In this document: piece by piece, positions 1 to 11,034 of the stretch
How the letters are laid out: each line of letters opens with the position of its first letter
Numbering within the stretch: position 1 is the first letter of the stretch
Assembly (NCBI RefSeq): GCF_964204645.1
Contig: NC_134028.1
Coordinates: 13,005,263-13,069,262, forward strand
Length of the DNA: 64,000 nucleotides
Direction of reading: 5' to 3'
Source: Tubulanus polymorphus
Taxonomy: Eukaryota; Animalia; Nemertea
Translations under genes and position numbers: made by a program
The notes under the pieces: generated by a model
Database searches by the model: none
The model's input: only the letters and a program-made list of their open reading frames with translations
What the model was told of the DNA's origin: nothing

Positions 1-1239
1 TTTGATTGGAAGAAAAGAATCCTCGATATTGCAGATGATTCAGATACTGGGTACTTCTTTGTTGTAGATTTAGAATATCCTGAACATATTAAATTTAAAT
101 CTAGAAATCTAGCTTACTGTCCCGAACATAAAACTGTAACTCATGAAGAATTATCAAATTATCAAAAAAGAATTAAACCCGAAAATCATATTCATACAGA
201 AAAGTTAATGGTAACTCAAGAAGATAAATATAATTATGTAGTACATTATAGAATGTTAAAGTTTTATTTGAGTCAAGGAATGATTCTAATAAAAGTACAT
301 AGATATATTTCATTTAGTCAATCTAAGTGGTTAGAAAAATATATAGATTTTAACACCAAACAGAGAACTGAAGCTAAAACTGATTTCGAAAAAGATTTCT
401 CCAAACTAATGAATAATGCATTCTATGGTTAGACTTGTGAAAATATTAGAAATAGAAATGATATTGAGTTAGTTAGTAATGGTAAAAGAATTAGACATTT
501 ACAATCATATCCTAAGTTCATTGGTAACAGAATATTTGATGAAAATTTAGCTGCAGTTAAGATGAGAAGAACATCAATGAAATTTAATAAACCAATCTAT
601 GTTGGCGCTTCAGTTTTAGAATTATCAAAATTACTAATGTATGAATTCTATCATAATGTATTACAACCACTTTTTGGAGAAAAACATATAGAAATATTAT
701 ATTTTGATACAGATTCTTACATATTAAAGATAAAAACTAATAACATAACTGATGATTTAAAAACATTAAAACATCATTTTGATTTCAGTAACTATCCTAA
801 AAATCATGAATTGTTTAGCAATGATAATAAAAAAGTTCCTGGTAAATTCAAAGATGAATTAGGTGGTGAAGAAATGATAGAGTTCATTGGTATTCGATCT
901 AAAATGTATTCATATAAAACTAAAGAACATGAAGCTAAAAAGTTAAAAGGAATAACAAAAAGTGTAGTGGAAAAGAATATTCATTTCAAAGATTACATCA
1001 ATTGTATATTCAACGAAGAAGTTAGAAAACATAAGATGAGATGTTTAAGATCTGAAGATCATGAAATGTTTATTGAAGAAATTGAAAAGATAAGTCTAAA
1101 CCCTTTTGATGATAAAAGATATATTCTGGATGATGGAATTCATACAGTTGCTTATGGTTGTAATTTCGATGAATACTTAAAATTTAAAAGAGAAGAAACA
1201 AAAGAGAACGAGATAATGAAAAGAATTCTAACGTGTTAA
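1..1239 (+). pseudogene. Protein-primed family B DNA polymerase (pPolB), C-terminal part, intein-free allele
   Basis: Motifs KLMNNAFYG (motif B), YFDTDS (motif C), PGKFKDE, RSKMYS, KLKGI, FDDKR; in-frame TAG at 430-432. Confidence 0.93.
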
Positions 1240-1268
1240 TCAAATTTTAATAAAAATATGTATTATAA

Positions 1269-1623
1269 ATGGAGAGTAAACAAGCGCACAGTGAGAACAA
1301 CAAATCATTTCTAGATAGAATAAAAGATACTTCAAATGTCAAATCAGTAGATTATAAATTTAAGAAGTTAAAAGAATTAATAATCCATAAGAAATATCTA
1401 ATTACAAATATTGATACAGTTACTAACAAATATGGAGATAAATTAGTTATACACTTAGAATATGAAGGATTAAAAGGAAATACATATAAATTCAGAACAT
1501 ATTTACCGGATAGATTTTCATAGATTATCAAGTGAAGATTTAGAAGAATTATGTTCTGGAGATTTCTATTTCGTATACAAAGGTAAGAATGAAAAAGGGC
1601 ATCATGAAATAGATTTCGAATAA
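1269..1623 (+). pseudogene. Small conserved Polinton protein (FKKLKEL...KYGDKLV...YLPDRF family), premature stop at 1521-1523
   Basis: Homologous to 22847-23120(-) and more distantly to 49295-49621(-); frame continues to ...GHHEIDFE*. Confidence 0.7.
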
Positions 1624-1637
1624 AATATGTAAAATAA

Positions 1638-2401
1638 ATTGCGGAATTAAAAGAATACAGAATATTTGTTGATTCAAGAAGAAAACTTACAAATTATAAA
1701 TCACATAATTTACTAGTACAATTAGATAGAGAATTCAAGAATTGTGTAGATTTAAAATTAGTTAATATAAGTTTATGTAATTCTTTTTATAATATATCGG
1801 ATAAAACTATTGAACATAGAGCCTTTTTAATTTTTGCTAAAGGTAAAAATGAATGGTCCTATATATATTTAAAACCGCGCTTATATGATTTAGATACATT
1901 AGCACAAGAAATTAATAGAAAAGCCTGGCACAAATTAGGTAGTAGTTCTGAGTTTAGTATTAGATTTTTTAAAAGTGATAGTTCTGATATAATAAAGATA
2001 AGGTTGTCTAATAGTGAAGAACATAAATTTATGGTAAAAAAACCTATAGCTAAACTGTTAGGAATTCTTCCAGATAGATCTTTTAAAAATATTGATGCTG
2101 TTACACCAAACTTAATACCTTACACACATTTCTATATTTATTGCAATTTAATCGATCCTACAAAAACATTCGAAGCAACTAAAGATATAACTTGTAATTC
2201 TGGTTTATTAAACATTTTACCATTGAAGAATGTTAAAGAATTTGGAACGCAAATAAATTATAATTTAACAGAATGTGATTTCAAACCATGCATTCCTCGT
2301 TTTAATAATTTTAGATTAGAAATTAGAAATCATAATGGGCACTTAATTGATTTAAATAATTTCCCGGAATTTATGAATTAGTTATAAGATGTAGAGAGTA
2401 A
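1638..2401 (+). pseudogene. Putative minor capsid protein (penton), copy A1, frameshifted
   Basis: N-terminus YRIFVDSR...FKNCVDLKLVNISLCNSFYNI and C-terminus FRLEIRNHNGHLIDLN resemble single-jelly-roll pentons of PLV/NCLDV type; start codon mutated to ATT. Confidence 0.65.
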
Positions 2402-2418
2402 TTTTTTTCACTATATAA

Positions 2419-2665
2419 ATGAATATAACTGTTGGGCCGAGTATATGTTTTGGGTTCGATTTTAAACATGGTAAAGAAATGAGAATTAAACTAAATGATG
2501 TAATTACTGATATTAAAAGTAAATCATTTAACAATGCATCAATGATGAATAAAGAAAATTATAATATAGAAAAAGTAATTGATTTAATTAAATCACCTTT
2601 AGAATATTATGAATTAAATGAAGATGGAATTATTGATGATATTAAAAACATATTAACCAAAATAT
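2419..2665 (+). pseudogene. Polinton hypothetical gene (113-aa family), split by Penelope insertion; 3' part at 6363-6469
   Basis: Uninterrupted copy at 9562-9903. Confidence 0.8.
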
Positions 2666-2762
2666 CACGATAGGTAGAACACAATATCCGTGTTGACGCG
2701 ATGAGGAGAGAATCCCACAATGATAATAAAAAGTCCGAAAATGAAAACTTCGAGATAGTAGT

Positions 2763-2808
2763 TTATTCAACGTTTCGACTATATCCTAATAGTCATCTTC
2801 AGGAATAA
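2763..2808 (-). ncRNA. Minimal hammerhead ribozyme (inverted pLTR copy)
   Basis: Reverse complement of 6259-6304. Confidence 0.8.
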
Positions 2809-3117
2809 TGAGATACTACAGAAATTATGAGATATATATACAATCCAGAGACAAAGAGACTAATTCAAGTAATCAGAGATGATACAAACTAAAGGAAAAT
2901 TAACGTAGAAACAGTTACACGCTAAAATAGATTAAAGGGAAGCAAACTAAGGGGTGATTATAAACAACAATAGTGAGTATAAATATAAATGAAACTCAAA
3001 GTCAGTAATAAAAAGAAAGACAAACTAAGGGGCACTTAAATTAAAACAAAGGTGAATACAAGTTAAGTCAGAGACGAAATTGATGAGAGAACAAATAACA
3101 AATAATCAAAGGGGAAA

Positions 3118-3788
3118 TCAAGTGTTGAGTTTAACCAGTTTACAGAGGAATTTTGATATAAGTTTATTATGGGGTGAAAAACCATTATTAAGGTTTACAA
3201 CGTTGTTCGAATTTTCAATAATTAATGCAGATTCCAAAATATGTCTTCTAGTTTTATCGCTGCAAGGGTAAACTAATTCAGCATTAGCAAAATCAAAATT
3301 GTGTGAAGTCTGAAAAACATGACTAGCAACTCCGCTTTCAGGTTTAAAGTTTTTTACATCTAATTTATGCTCTTTTATGCGTTGATTAAGATTCCGACCT
3401 GTTTCTCCTATATATACTTTGTCGCAAACTTTACAAGGTATTTTATAAATTCCACAGTTTAGGGATTCGGTTTTCGGTTTGTTGTTAATCAATATGTTAC
3501 TAAGTTTATTATTGTATTTAAAGATGAGTTGTTTATTTAGTGACCGAAGAGAAACTTTAGAATTCTCGAGGAAAGGTACATACGGTACAATGATAGGCTG
3601 TTTATCGGTAGCCAACGTAGGAGTTCTAAGGTTGTTATTTCTAAAATGCGTAGTACGAGCTTTAAGTAGAGCTTTTTTCAATAGGAAATCGGGGTAGGCA
3701 AGTTTTTTGAGAGATTGGTTAATATGGTGAATTTCATCGGGTAGAAATGAGGGGTCGCAAATTCTCAAAGCGCGAAGAAATAATCCTT
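3118..3788 (-). pseudogene. Inverted duplicate of the Penelope ORF 3' end (GIY-YIG part)
   Basis: 216-aa ORF matching the C-terminus of 3850-5949. Confidence 0.9.
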
Positions 3789-3849
3789 AGATCGTGCTAA
3801 GGAAGACTGTAACTATCAGTTCTACAAATTCCGTCAATCTCAAAATTAT

Positions 3850-5949
3850 TTGAAGTCACACGTACCGGACCTATTCCTCTGGAAATCGCTCTCCACTATT
3901 GTTCAAGGCTCTGGAAAATATCATCAGCACAGAAAGTCCGTGGATCTTACCAACCAACTGAATAAACTCATTGATTCCAGCCCTTGGACTAGATTTAGCA
4001 ACACCGAAAACATAGTAAATTTGTCTTCAACCACGTTATCTTCTACTCAGTGTCAACTTCTCGGCTACGGTTTGAATTTTTCTCTTCCTCATCAAGATAA
4101 ACATGTTTTAGACTTTGTCACCCAATTGGAATATCGCAAATCATCTCCGAACAGTTTGGACTATAACTTTATATTCATGAATCTACAGGCTATATGCGAT
4201 CAACTCAACAGGAACCTTTTTGAATATCTACCTCGTCGATTTCGGCTCGCCCTCCAAGAACTACGGAAGTTAAAGACTATTAAAATATCTAAGGCTGATA
4301 AAGGTGGCAAGATTGTGATTTTAGATCTGGATAATTATAATGTTAAAATGCAATCTCTCTTGGATAATCCTGGTGTTTATAAGAAACTTAAATCGAATCC
4401 TCTTCCCCGTATGCAAGCTAATTTCAACAGAAGTCTTTCGGATATTATAAAACGTTTCCCCTCCGCTAAAGAAACTCTGAATAAGTTCCATTCACGTCTT
4501 CCCTCTTTACCATATATCTATGGATTGCCTAAAATTCATATAGATAATGTTCCACTGCGCCCTATAGTCTCCAATTGTAATTCTCCTACATACCGGTTAT
4601 CTAAATTTCTCGCGAAACAGTTATCTCCGGTGCTCGGTTCGTTCTCTCCGTCGCACCTTCGCCATAATCAACACTTACTTGAACGTATTAAGAATATTAT
4701 CCCTGGCAACGACAAATTTATATCATTTGATGTTACTTCCCTTTTTACCAATGTTCCTCTTGGACCTACTCTTGATTTCTTAAAACGCAGATTACCATCA
4801 CTTAACATTAACTTCGGCATTCCTACGGATTGTATCATCGACCTTATCTCTATTTGTACGACGGACTCCTTTTTTGAATTCAACAATTGTTTTTACGAAC
4901 AGACATTCGGTATCGCTATGGGAAATCCTCTAAGTCCTATTCTAGCTAATTTATTCCTAGAACATGTTGAATCTGAAATATTGCCTCTTTACACTGATAT
5001 TCACCCTAAAATCTGGCTCAGATATGTTGACGATGTTCTGGCTTTGGTTCCCTTTGACTTCAATGTTGATAACTTTCTTATATATTTAAACTCCCTTTAC
5101 CCGTCTCTGGCTTTTACGTATGAATGGGAATCTAATAGTAAAATACCTTTTCTGGATGTTTTGATTTTTAACTGTGGATCCTTTTTGAAATTCGCGGTTT
5201 ATAGGAAACCTACCAACGCTGAATCTTACCTCCATTACTTCTCTTTTACTTCTCCGGATATTAAACTCGGTTTAGCTCAAGGATTATTTCTTCGCGCTTT
5301 GAGAATTTGCGACCCCTCATTTCTACCCGATGAAATTCACCATATTAACCAATCTCTCAAAAAACTTGCCTACCCCGATTTCCTATTGAAAAAAGCTCTA
5401 CTTAAAGCTCGTACTACGCATTTTAGAAATAACAACCTTAGAACTCCTACGTTGGCTACCGATAAACAGCCTATCATTGTACCGTATGTACCTTTCCTCG
5501 AGAATTCTAAAGTTTCTCTTCGGTCACTAAATAAACAACTCATCTTTAAATACAATAATAAACTTAGTAACATATTGATTAACAACAAACCGAAAACCGA
5601 ATCCCTAAACTGTGGAATTTATAAAATACCTTGTAAAGTTTGCGACAAAGTATATATAGGAGAAACAGGTCGGAATCTTAATCAACGCATAAAAGAGCAT
5701 AAATTAGATGTAAAAAACTTTAAACCTGAAAGCGGAGTTGCTAGTCATGTTTTTCAGACTTCACACAATTTTGATTTTGCTAATGCTGAATTAGTTTACC
5801 CTTGCAGCGATAAAACTAGAAGACATATTTTGGAATCTGCATTAATTATTGAAAATTCGAACAACGTTGTAAACCTTAATAATGGTTTTTCACCCCATAA
5901 TAAACTTATATCAAAATTCCTCTGTAAACTGGTTAAACTCAACACTTGA
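3850..5949 (+). CDS. Penelope-like reverse transcriptase + GIY-YIG endonuclease (N-terminally truncated, open frame)
   Basis: ADKG, YGLPKIH, SFDVTSLFT, GIAMGNPLSP, RYVDD, FLDV, YRKPT; GIYKIPC..C...YIGET. Confidence 0.95.
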   Translation: MKSHVPDLFLWKSLSTIVQGSGKYHQHRKSVDLTNQLNKLIDSSPWTRFSNTENIVNLSSTTLSSTQCQLLGYGLNFSLPHQDKHVLDFVTQLEYRKSSPNSLDYNFIFMNLQAICDQLNRNLFEYLPRRFRLALQELRKLKTIKISKADKGGKIVILDLDNYNVKMQSLLDNPGVYKKLKSNPLPRMQANFNRSLSDIIKRFPSAKETLNKFHSRLPSLPYIYGLPKIHIDNVPLRPIVSNCNSPTYRLSKFLAKQLSPVLGSFSPSHLRHNQHLLERIKNIIPGNDKFISFDVTSLFTNVPLGPTLDFLKRRLPSLNINFGIPTDCIIDLISICTTDSFFEFNNCFYEQTFGIAMGNPLSPILANLFLEHVESEILPLYTDIHPKIWLRYVDDVLALVPFDFNVDNFLIYLNSLYPSLAFTYEWESNSKIPFLDVLIFNCGSFLKFAVYRKPTNAESYLHYFSFTSPDIKLGLAQGLFLRALRICDPSFLPDEIHHINQSLKKLAYPDFLLKKALLKARTTHFRNNNLRTPTLATDKQPIIVPYVPFLENSKVSLRSLNKQLIFKYNNKLSNILINNKPKTESLNCGIYKIPCKVCDKVYIGETGRNLNQRIKEHKLDVKNFKPESGVASHVFQTSHNFDFANAELVYPCSDKTRRHILESALIIENSNNVVNLNNGFSPHNKLISKFLCKLVKLNT

Positions 5950-6258
5950 TTTCCCCTTTGATTATTTGTTATTTGTTCTCTCATCAATTTCGTCTCTGAC
6001 TTAACTTGTATTCACCTTTGTTTTAATTTAAGTGCCCCTTAGTTTGTCTTTCTTTTTATTACTGACTTTGAGTTTCATTTATATTTATACTCACTATTGT
6101 TGTTTATAATCACCCCTTAGTTTGCTTCCCTTTAATCTATTTTAGCGTGTAACTGTTTCTACGTTAATTTTCCTTTAGTTTGTATCATCTCTGATTACTT
6201 GAATTAGTCTCTTTGTCTCTGGATTGTATATATATCTCATAATTTCTGTAGTATCTCA

Positions 6259-6304
6259 TTATTCCTGAAGATGACTATTAGGATATAGTCGAAACGTTGA
6301 ATAA
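6259..6304 (+). ncRNA. Minimal type I hammerhead ribozyme in the Penelope pLTR
   Basis: Stem I TTATTC/GAATAA, core CTGAAGA (6265-6271), stem II GACTAT/ATAGTC, GAAAC, palindromic AACGTT, GTT cleavage triplet. Confidence 0.82.
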
Positions 6305-6469
6305 ACTACTATCTCGAAGTTTTCATTTTCGGACTTTTTATTATCATTGTGGGATTCTCTCCTAACCAAAATATATGATAATCATAAAAGTAGTAATGAA
6401 ATAAATGTTGAATTAATCATAAATAAGTTAACTAAATATTTTGATGATAGTAATTTTTTTGATAAATAA

Positions 6470-6691
6470 ATGAGTGATAATAAGTGGATAATAACTGGAT
6501 TATATAATGGAGCATTACTATCAGTTGGAACTGTTGGTTATTCAATGGTATTAAAAAAAGTATTCAAAATGGGAAGTGTTAATGTTGATAGATTTGATAT
6601 AAATGATATTTTAAAATTAACATTAGCAGTTACTTTATCTAATTTAACTATTGATCATTTGGAAAAACAAAAATATATTCCTCCCATATAA
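6470..6691 (+). CDS. Small hydrophobic Polinton protein (73 aa), copy A1
   Basis: TAAATG start; homologs at 9904, 40899 and 21708(-). Confidence 0.75.
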   Translation: MSDNKWIITGLYNGALLSVGTVGYSMVLKKVFKMGSVNVDRFDINDILKLTLAVTLSNLTIDHLEKQKYIPPI

Positions 6692-6715
6692 ATACATAAT
6701 TATTTTTTTAAATAA

Positions 6716-7138
6716 ATGGCTTCTGCAGTTATAACTATTATAGGATCGGCAATTGTTAACGCTTTAGCATTTACTGGTGGCGGTTATTTATTTAAACAAA
6801 TTGATAAAAATGGATCATTAACAGAACAAAAAAGACATAACTTAGCATTAGAGAAATACAATAAAGCAGCGGGAGAATATAGAGAAAAGAGGCAAAACTA
6901 TATGGATTATATTAACAAGAAATTATATGATCAGAAGATTTCACATAGAGATTTTCAATCAGTTGATGATGCAATGAGTTTATATAACGCGGTAACCAAT
7001 AAAGAAAAATTACATCTATACAAACCTAAATTATCAGATTATTATACCCCAAGTAATGAACATAAGAAATATGAAATAATATGGATTTTAGGTGGAACAG
7101 TTATTGTTATATTTGTTGCTTATAAGTTTACTAATTAG
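6716..7138 (+). CDS. Polinton membrane-associated protein (140 aa, hydrophobic N- and C-termini), copy A1
   Basis: NALAFTGGGYLF...EQKRHNLALE; homologs at 10150 and 41145. Confidence 0.78.
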   Translation: MASAVITIIGSAIVNALAFTGGGYLFKQIDKNGSLTEQKRHNLALEKYNKAAGEYREKRQNYMDYINKKLYDQKISHRDFQSVDDAMSLYNAVTNKEKLHLYKPKLSDYYTPSNEHKKYEIIWILGGTVIVIFVAYKFTN

Positions 7139-7158
7139 TAATTTTTTTTGCTAAATAA

Positions 7159-7584
7159 ATGGATGATAATATTGATATTATTCCTCATGATATAAATAAA
7201 ACTAAATTAAAAATATATTTAGAAAAACAAATATTAGAATTTGAAAGCGACTTAAAGATAAAAAAGAAAAAATATTTAAAAAGTAAAATTATATATTATC
7301 TTATTATTAGTGGTTCGGTTACAATTAGTTCTGTAATAACATTTCTAGCAATATTCAGTCCATTAACACCTTTAGCTATATCAATTGGTGTATTAGGATT
7401 AAGTTCAAGTGTTTTAACTGGTATAAGTTCAAAATTAAATATAAAAAGTAATAAAGAAAAAATTAAAACCAATATAAAAGAAATTAATAAATTAAAGAAT
7501 ACACTAGATTATATAATAAGTTTAAATGGTCATATAACAGTTGAAGAACAAGATAAATTATTGAAAGAATTAGTTAATTATTAA
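7159..7584 (+). CDS. Polinton two-TM protein (141 aa), copy A1
   Basis: Two hydrophobic segments; homologs at 10593 and 41587. Confidence 0.75.
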   Translation: MDDNIDIIPHDINKTKLKIYLEKQILEFESDLKIKKKKYLKSKIIYYLIISGSVTISSVITFLAIFSPLTPLAISIGVLGLSSSVLTGISSKLNIKSNKEKIKTNIKEINKLKNTLDYIISLNGHITVEEQDKLLKELVNY

Positions 7585-7600
7585 TTTTTTTATTATATAA

Positions 7601-8747
7601 ATGGCAGATAGTTTTCCAAAAGCTTTCCAATATAATAAATCAATTAAATATAATATTCCAGCAATAGATTTTAATAAAGATATTACATATAGAAATGAAG
7701 TTTTAAATTCATTAATTGATTTATATATTTATGTTACTGAAAGTAATAATTTTTATGTAAAGATGGAAAATATATTTCATGTGTATACAATTAATTTCAA
7801 AAATTTAAATGAGGCAAAACAATGGTTATTAAAATCTAATATGAAGTATTGGCAGAACCAATTAAATTCTGCTGTTTATTGCGCAACAACAGGATGTGGA
7901 ATTAGTTGGAATGATCATTTGAATAAACCAAGTTTACCATTGATGTTATCACTTTTTAGATTTCATACATATTTTCAAATAAAATTAGTATTAGATGAAT
8001 TAGAATGTCCTTTACCAGGTACAAAATATTTTAAAGAATTGAATAATAATAATAATTTTTCTAAGTTTTATAAAATATGTAATGAATTTAAAATTAATTC
8101 AAATAAAGATTTTAGAGCAAAAATTGGAACAATGGGCGGATTAGGAATATTATATACTAAAGAATTTGGAAAATAATAACAAATTCAGATATAAGAACAC
8201 TAAATTGAAATGAATTACCAAAATATTATAATAATATACAACGACAAAATAATAATGGTTGGGTTAATTTCATTTTAGAAAATAGTGAAGGTTTTACTAA
8301 AGCTGGAATACAAAGAATAAATCAATCTATTAGAACTTATTTGATATGTTTTTTAGATGCGCAAGTTGAAACAAGATCACCAATAATTGGAAATGATAAC
8401 ACTTCATTCGATGCGCAGAAACAATTCAAAGTATTATTTGAAGATTCAATTCATAATGATAAAAATAGATCTATTCCAGAAAACATTGTAAGATATCAAA
8501 ATTATCTAGATAAATCACATATTAGATTAAATTATTGTATAGGCCGTAATGTATTAATCATTTCTAATGATTTAGTATTAAAGATGGGAAACATAATTGG
8601 TTATAATAATCTAATTAAAACTGCAACAATAAATAATTCATTTGGATTGAATGATATAAATAAAAAGATTATTACTGCTCCAAAATTAATGGAAGGTGAA
8701 AAAAATAAAAAACATATTCAACTGAAACTAAAACTAATAATATTAAA
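7601..8747 (+). pseudogene. Conserved Polinton hypothetical protein (~430-aa family), frameshifted and truncated at the duplication junction
   Basis: WQNQLN.AVYCATTGCGIS...FRFHTYFQ...GFTKAGIQRIN; homologs at 11035 and 42029. Confidence 0.75.
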
Positions 8748-8783
8748 TCATGAAATAGATTTCGAATAAAATATGTAAAATAA

Positions 8784-9544
8784 ATGGCGGAATTAAAAGA
8801 ATACAGAATATTTGTTGATTCAAGAAGAAAACTTACAAATTATAAATCACATAATTTACTAGTAAAATAAATTTGAGAATTCAAGAATTGTGTAGATTTA
8901 AAATTAGTTAATATAAGTTTATGTTATTCTTTTTATAATATATCGGATAAAACTATTGAACATAGAGCCTTTTTAATTTTTGATAAAGGTAAAAATGAAT
9001 GGTCCTATATATATTTAAAACCGCGCTTATATGATTTAGATACATTAGCACAAGAAATTAATAGAAAAGCCTGGCACAAATTAGGTAGTAGTTCTGGGTT
9101 TAGTATTAGATTTTTAAAAAGTGATAGTTCTGATATAATAAAGATAAGGTTGTCTAATAGTGAAGAACATAAATTTATGGTAAAAAAACCTATAGCTAAA
9201 CTAGAATTCTTCCAGATAGATCTTTTAAAAATATTGATGCTGTTACACCAAACTTAATACCTTACACACATTTTTATATTTATTGCAATTTAATCGATCC
9301 TACAAAAACATTCGAAGGAACTAAAGATATAACTTGTAATTCTGGTTTATTAAACATTTTACCATTGAAGAATGTTAAAGAATTTGGAACGCAAATAAAT
9401 TATAATTTAACAGAATGTGATTTCAAACCATGCATTCCTCGTTTTAATAATTTTAGATTAGAAATTAGAAATCATAATGGGCACTTAATTGATTTAAATA
9501 ATTTCCCCGTAATTTATGAATTAGTTATAAGATGTAGAGAGTAA
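8784..9544 (+). pseudogene. Putative minor capsid protein (penton), copy A2
   Basis: Duplicate of 1638-2401 with additional lesions. Confidence 0.65.
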
Positions 9545-9561
9545 TTTTTTTCACTATATAA

Positions 9562-9903
9562 ATGAATATAACTGTTGGGCCGAGTATTTGTTTTGGGTTT
9601 GATTTTAAACATGATAAAGAAATGAGAATTAAACTAAATGATGTAATTACTGATATTAAAAGTAAATCATTTAACAATGCATCAATGATGAATAAAGAAA
9701 ATTATAATATAGAAAAAGTAATTGATTTAATTAAATCACCTTTAAAATATTATGAATTAAATGAAGATGGAATCATTGATGATATTAAAAACATATTAAC
9801 CAAAATATATGATAATCATAAAAGTAGTAATGAAATAAATGTTGAATTAATCATAAATAAGTTAACTAAATATTTTGATGATAGTAATTTTTTTGATAAA
9901 TAA
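9562..9903 (+). CDS. Polinton hypothetical protein (113 aa)
   Basis: TAAATG start; homologs at 2419, 40548 and ~22049(-). Confidence 0.72.
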   Translation: MNITVGPSICFGFDFKHDKEMRIKLNDVITDIKSKSFNNASMMNKENYNIEKVIDLIKSPLKYYELNEDGIIDDIKNILTKIYDNHKSSNEINVELIINKLTKYFDDSNFFDK

Positions 9904-10125
9904 ATGAGTGATAATAAGTGGATGATAACTGGATTATATAATGGAGCATTACTATCAGTTGGAACTGTTGGTTATTCAATGGTATTAAAAAAAGTATTCA
10001 AAATGGGAAGTGTTAATGTTGATAGATTTGATATAAATGATATCTTAAAATTAACATTAGCAGTTACTTTATCTAATTTAACTATTGATTATTTGGAAAA
10101 ACAAAAATATATTCCTCCCATATGA
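9904..10125 (+). CDS. Small hydrophobic Polinton protein (73 aa), copy A2
   Basis: Duplicate of 6470-6691. Confidence 0.75.
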   Translation: MSDNKWMITGLYNGALLSVGTVGYSMVLKKVFKMGSVNVDRFDINDILKLTLAVTLSNLTIDYLEKQKYIPPI

Positions 10126-10149
10126 ATACATAATTATTTTACTAAATAA

Positions 10150-10572
10150 ATGGCTTCTGCAGTTATAACTATTATAGGATCGGCAATTGTTAACGCTTTA
10201 GCATTTACTGGTGGCGGTTATTTATTTAAACATATTGATAAAAATGGATCATTAACAGAACAAAAAAGACATAACTTAGCATTAGAGAAATACAATAAAG
10301 CAGCGGAAGAATATAGAGAAAAGAGGCAAAACTATATGGATTATATTAACAAGAAATTATATGATCAGAAGATTTCACATAGAGATTTTCAATCAGTTGA
10401 TGATGCAATGAGTTTATATAACGCGGTAACCAATAAAGAAAAATTTCATCTATACAAACCTAAATTATCAGATTATTATACCCCAAGTAATGAACATAAG
10501 AAATATGAAATAATATGGATTTTAGGTGGAACAGTTATTGTTATATTTGTTGCTTATAAGTTTACTAATTAG
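10150..10572 (+). CDS. Polinton membrane-associated protein (140 aa), copy A2
   Basis: Duplicate of 6716-7138. Confidence 0.78.
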   Translation: MASAVITIIGSAIVNALAFTGGGYLFKHIDKNGSLTEQKRHNLALEKYNKAAEEYREKRQNYMDYINKKLYDQKISHRDFQSVDDAMSLYNAVTNKEKFHLYKPKLSDYYTPSNEHKKYEIIWILGGTVIVIFVAYKFTN

Positions 10573-10592
10573 TAATTTTTTTTGCTAAATAA

Positions 10593-11018
10593 ATGGATGA
10601 TAATATTGATATTATTCCTCATGATATAAATAAAACTAAATTAAAAACATATTTAGAAAAACAAATATTAGAATTTGAAAGCGACTTAAAGATAAAAAAG
10701 AAAAAATATTTAAGAAGTAAAATTATATATTATCTTATTATTAGTGGTTCGGTTACAATTAGTTCTGTAATAACATTTCTAGCAATATTCAGTCCATTAA
10801 CACCTTTAGCTATATCAATTGGTGTATTAGGATTAAGTTCAAGTGTTTTAACTGGTATAAGTTAAAAATTAAATATATAAAGTAATAAAGAAAAAATTAA
10901 AACTAATATAAAAGAAATTAATAAATTAAAGAATACACTAGATTATATAATAAGTTTAAATGGTCATATAACAGTTGAAGAACAAGATAAATTATTAAAA
11001 GAATTAGTTAATTATTAA
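10593..11018 (+). pseudogene. Polinton two-TM protein, copy A2, premature stop at 10863-10865
   Basis: TCA>TAA relative to 7159-7584. Confidence 0.75.
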
Positions 11019-11034
11019 TTTTTTAATTATATAA

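Larger units (their letters stand above)
2666..6362 (+). mobile_element. Penelope-like retroelement (5'-truncated) with an inverted upstream copy of its 3' end
   Basis: 12-bp TSD TAACCAAAATAT at 2654-2665 and 6363-6374; empty site visible near 9797; 2704-3788 is the reverse complement of 5279-6363; RT + GIY-YIG ORF. Confidence 0.93.
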
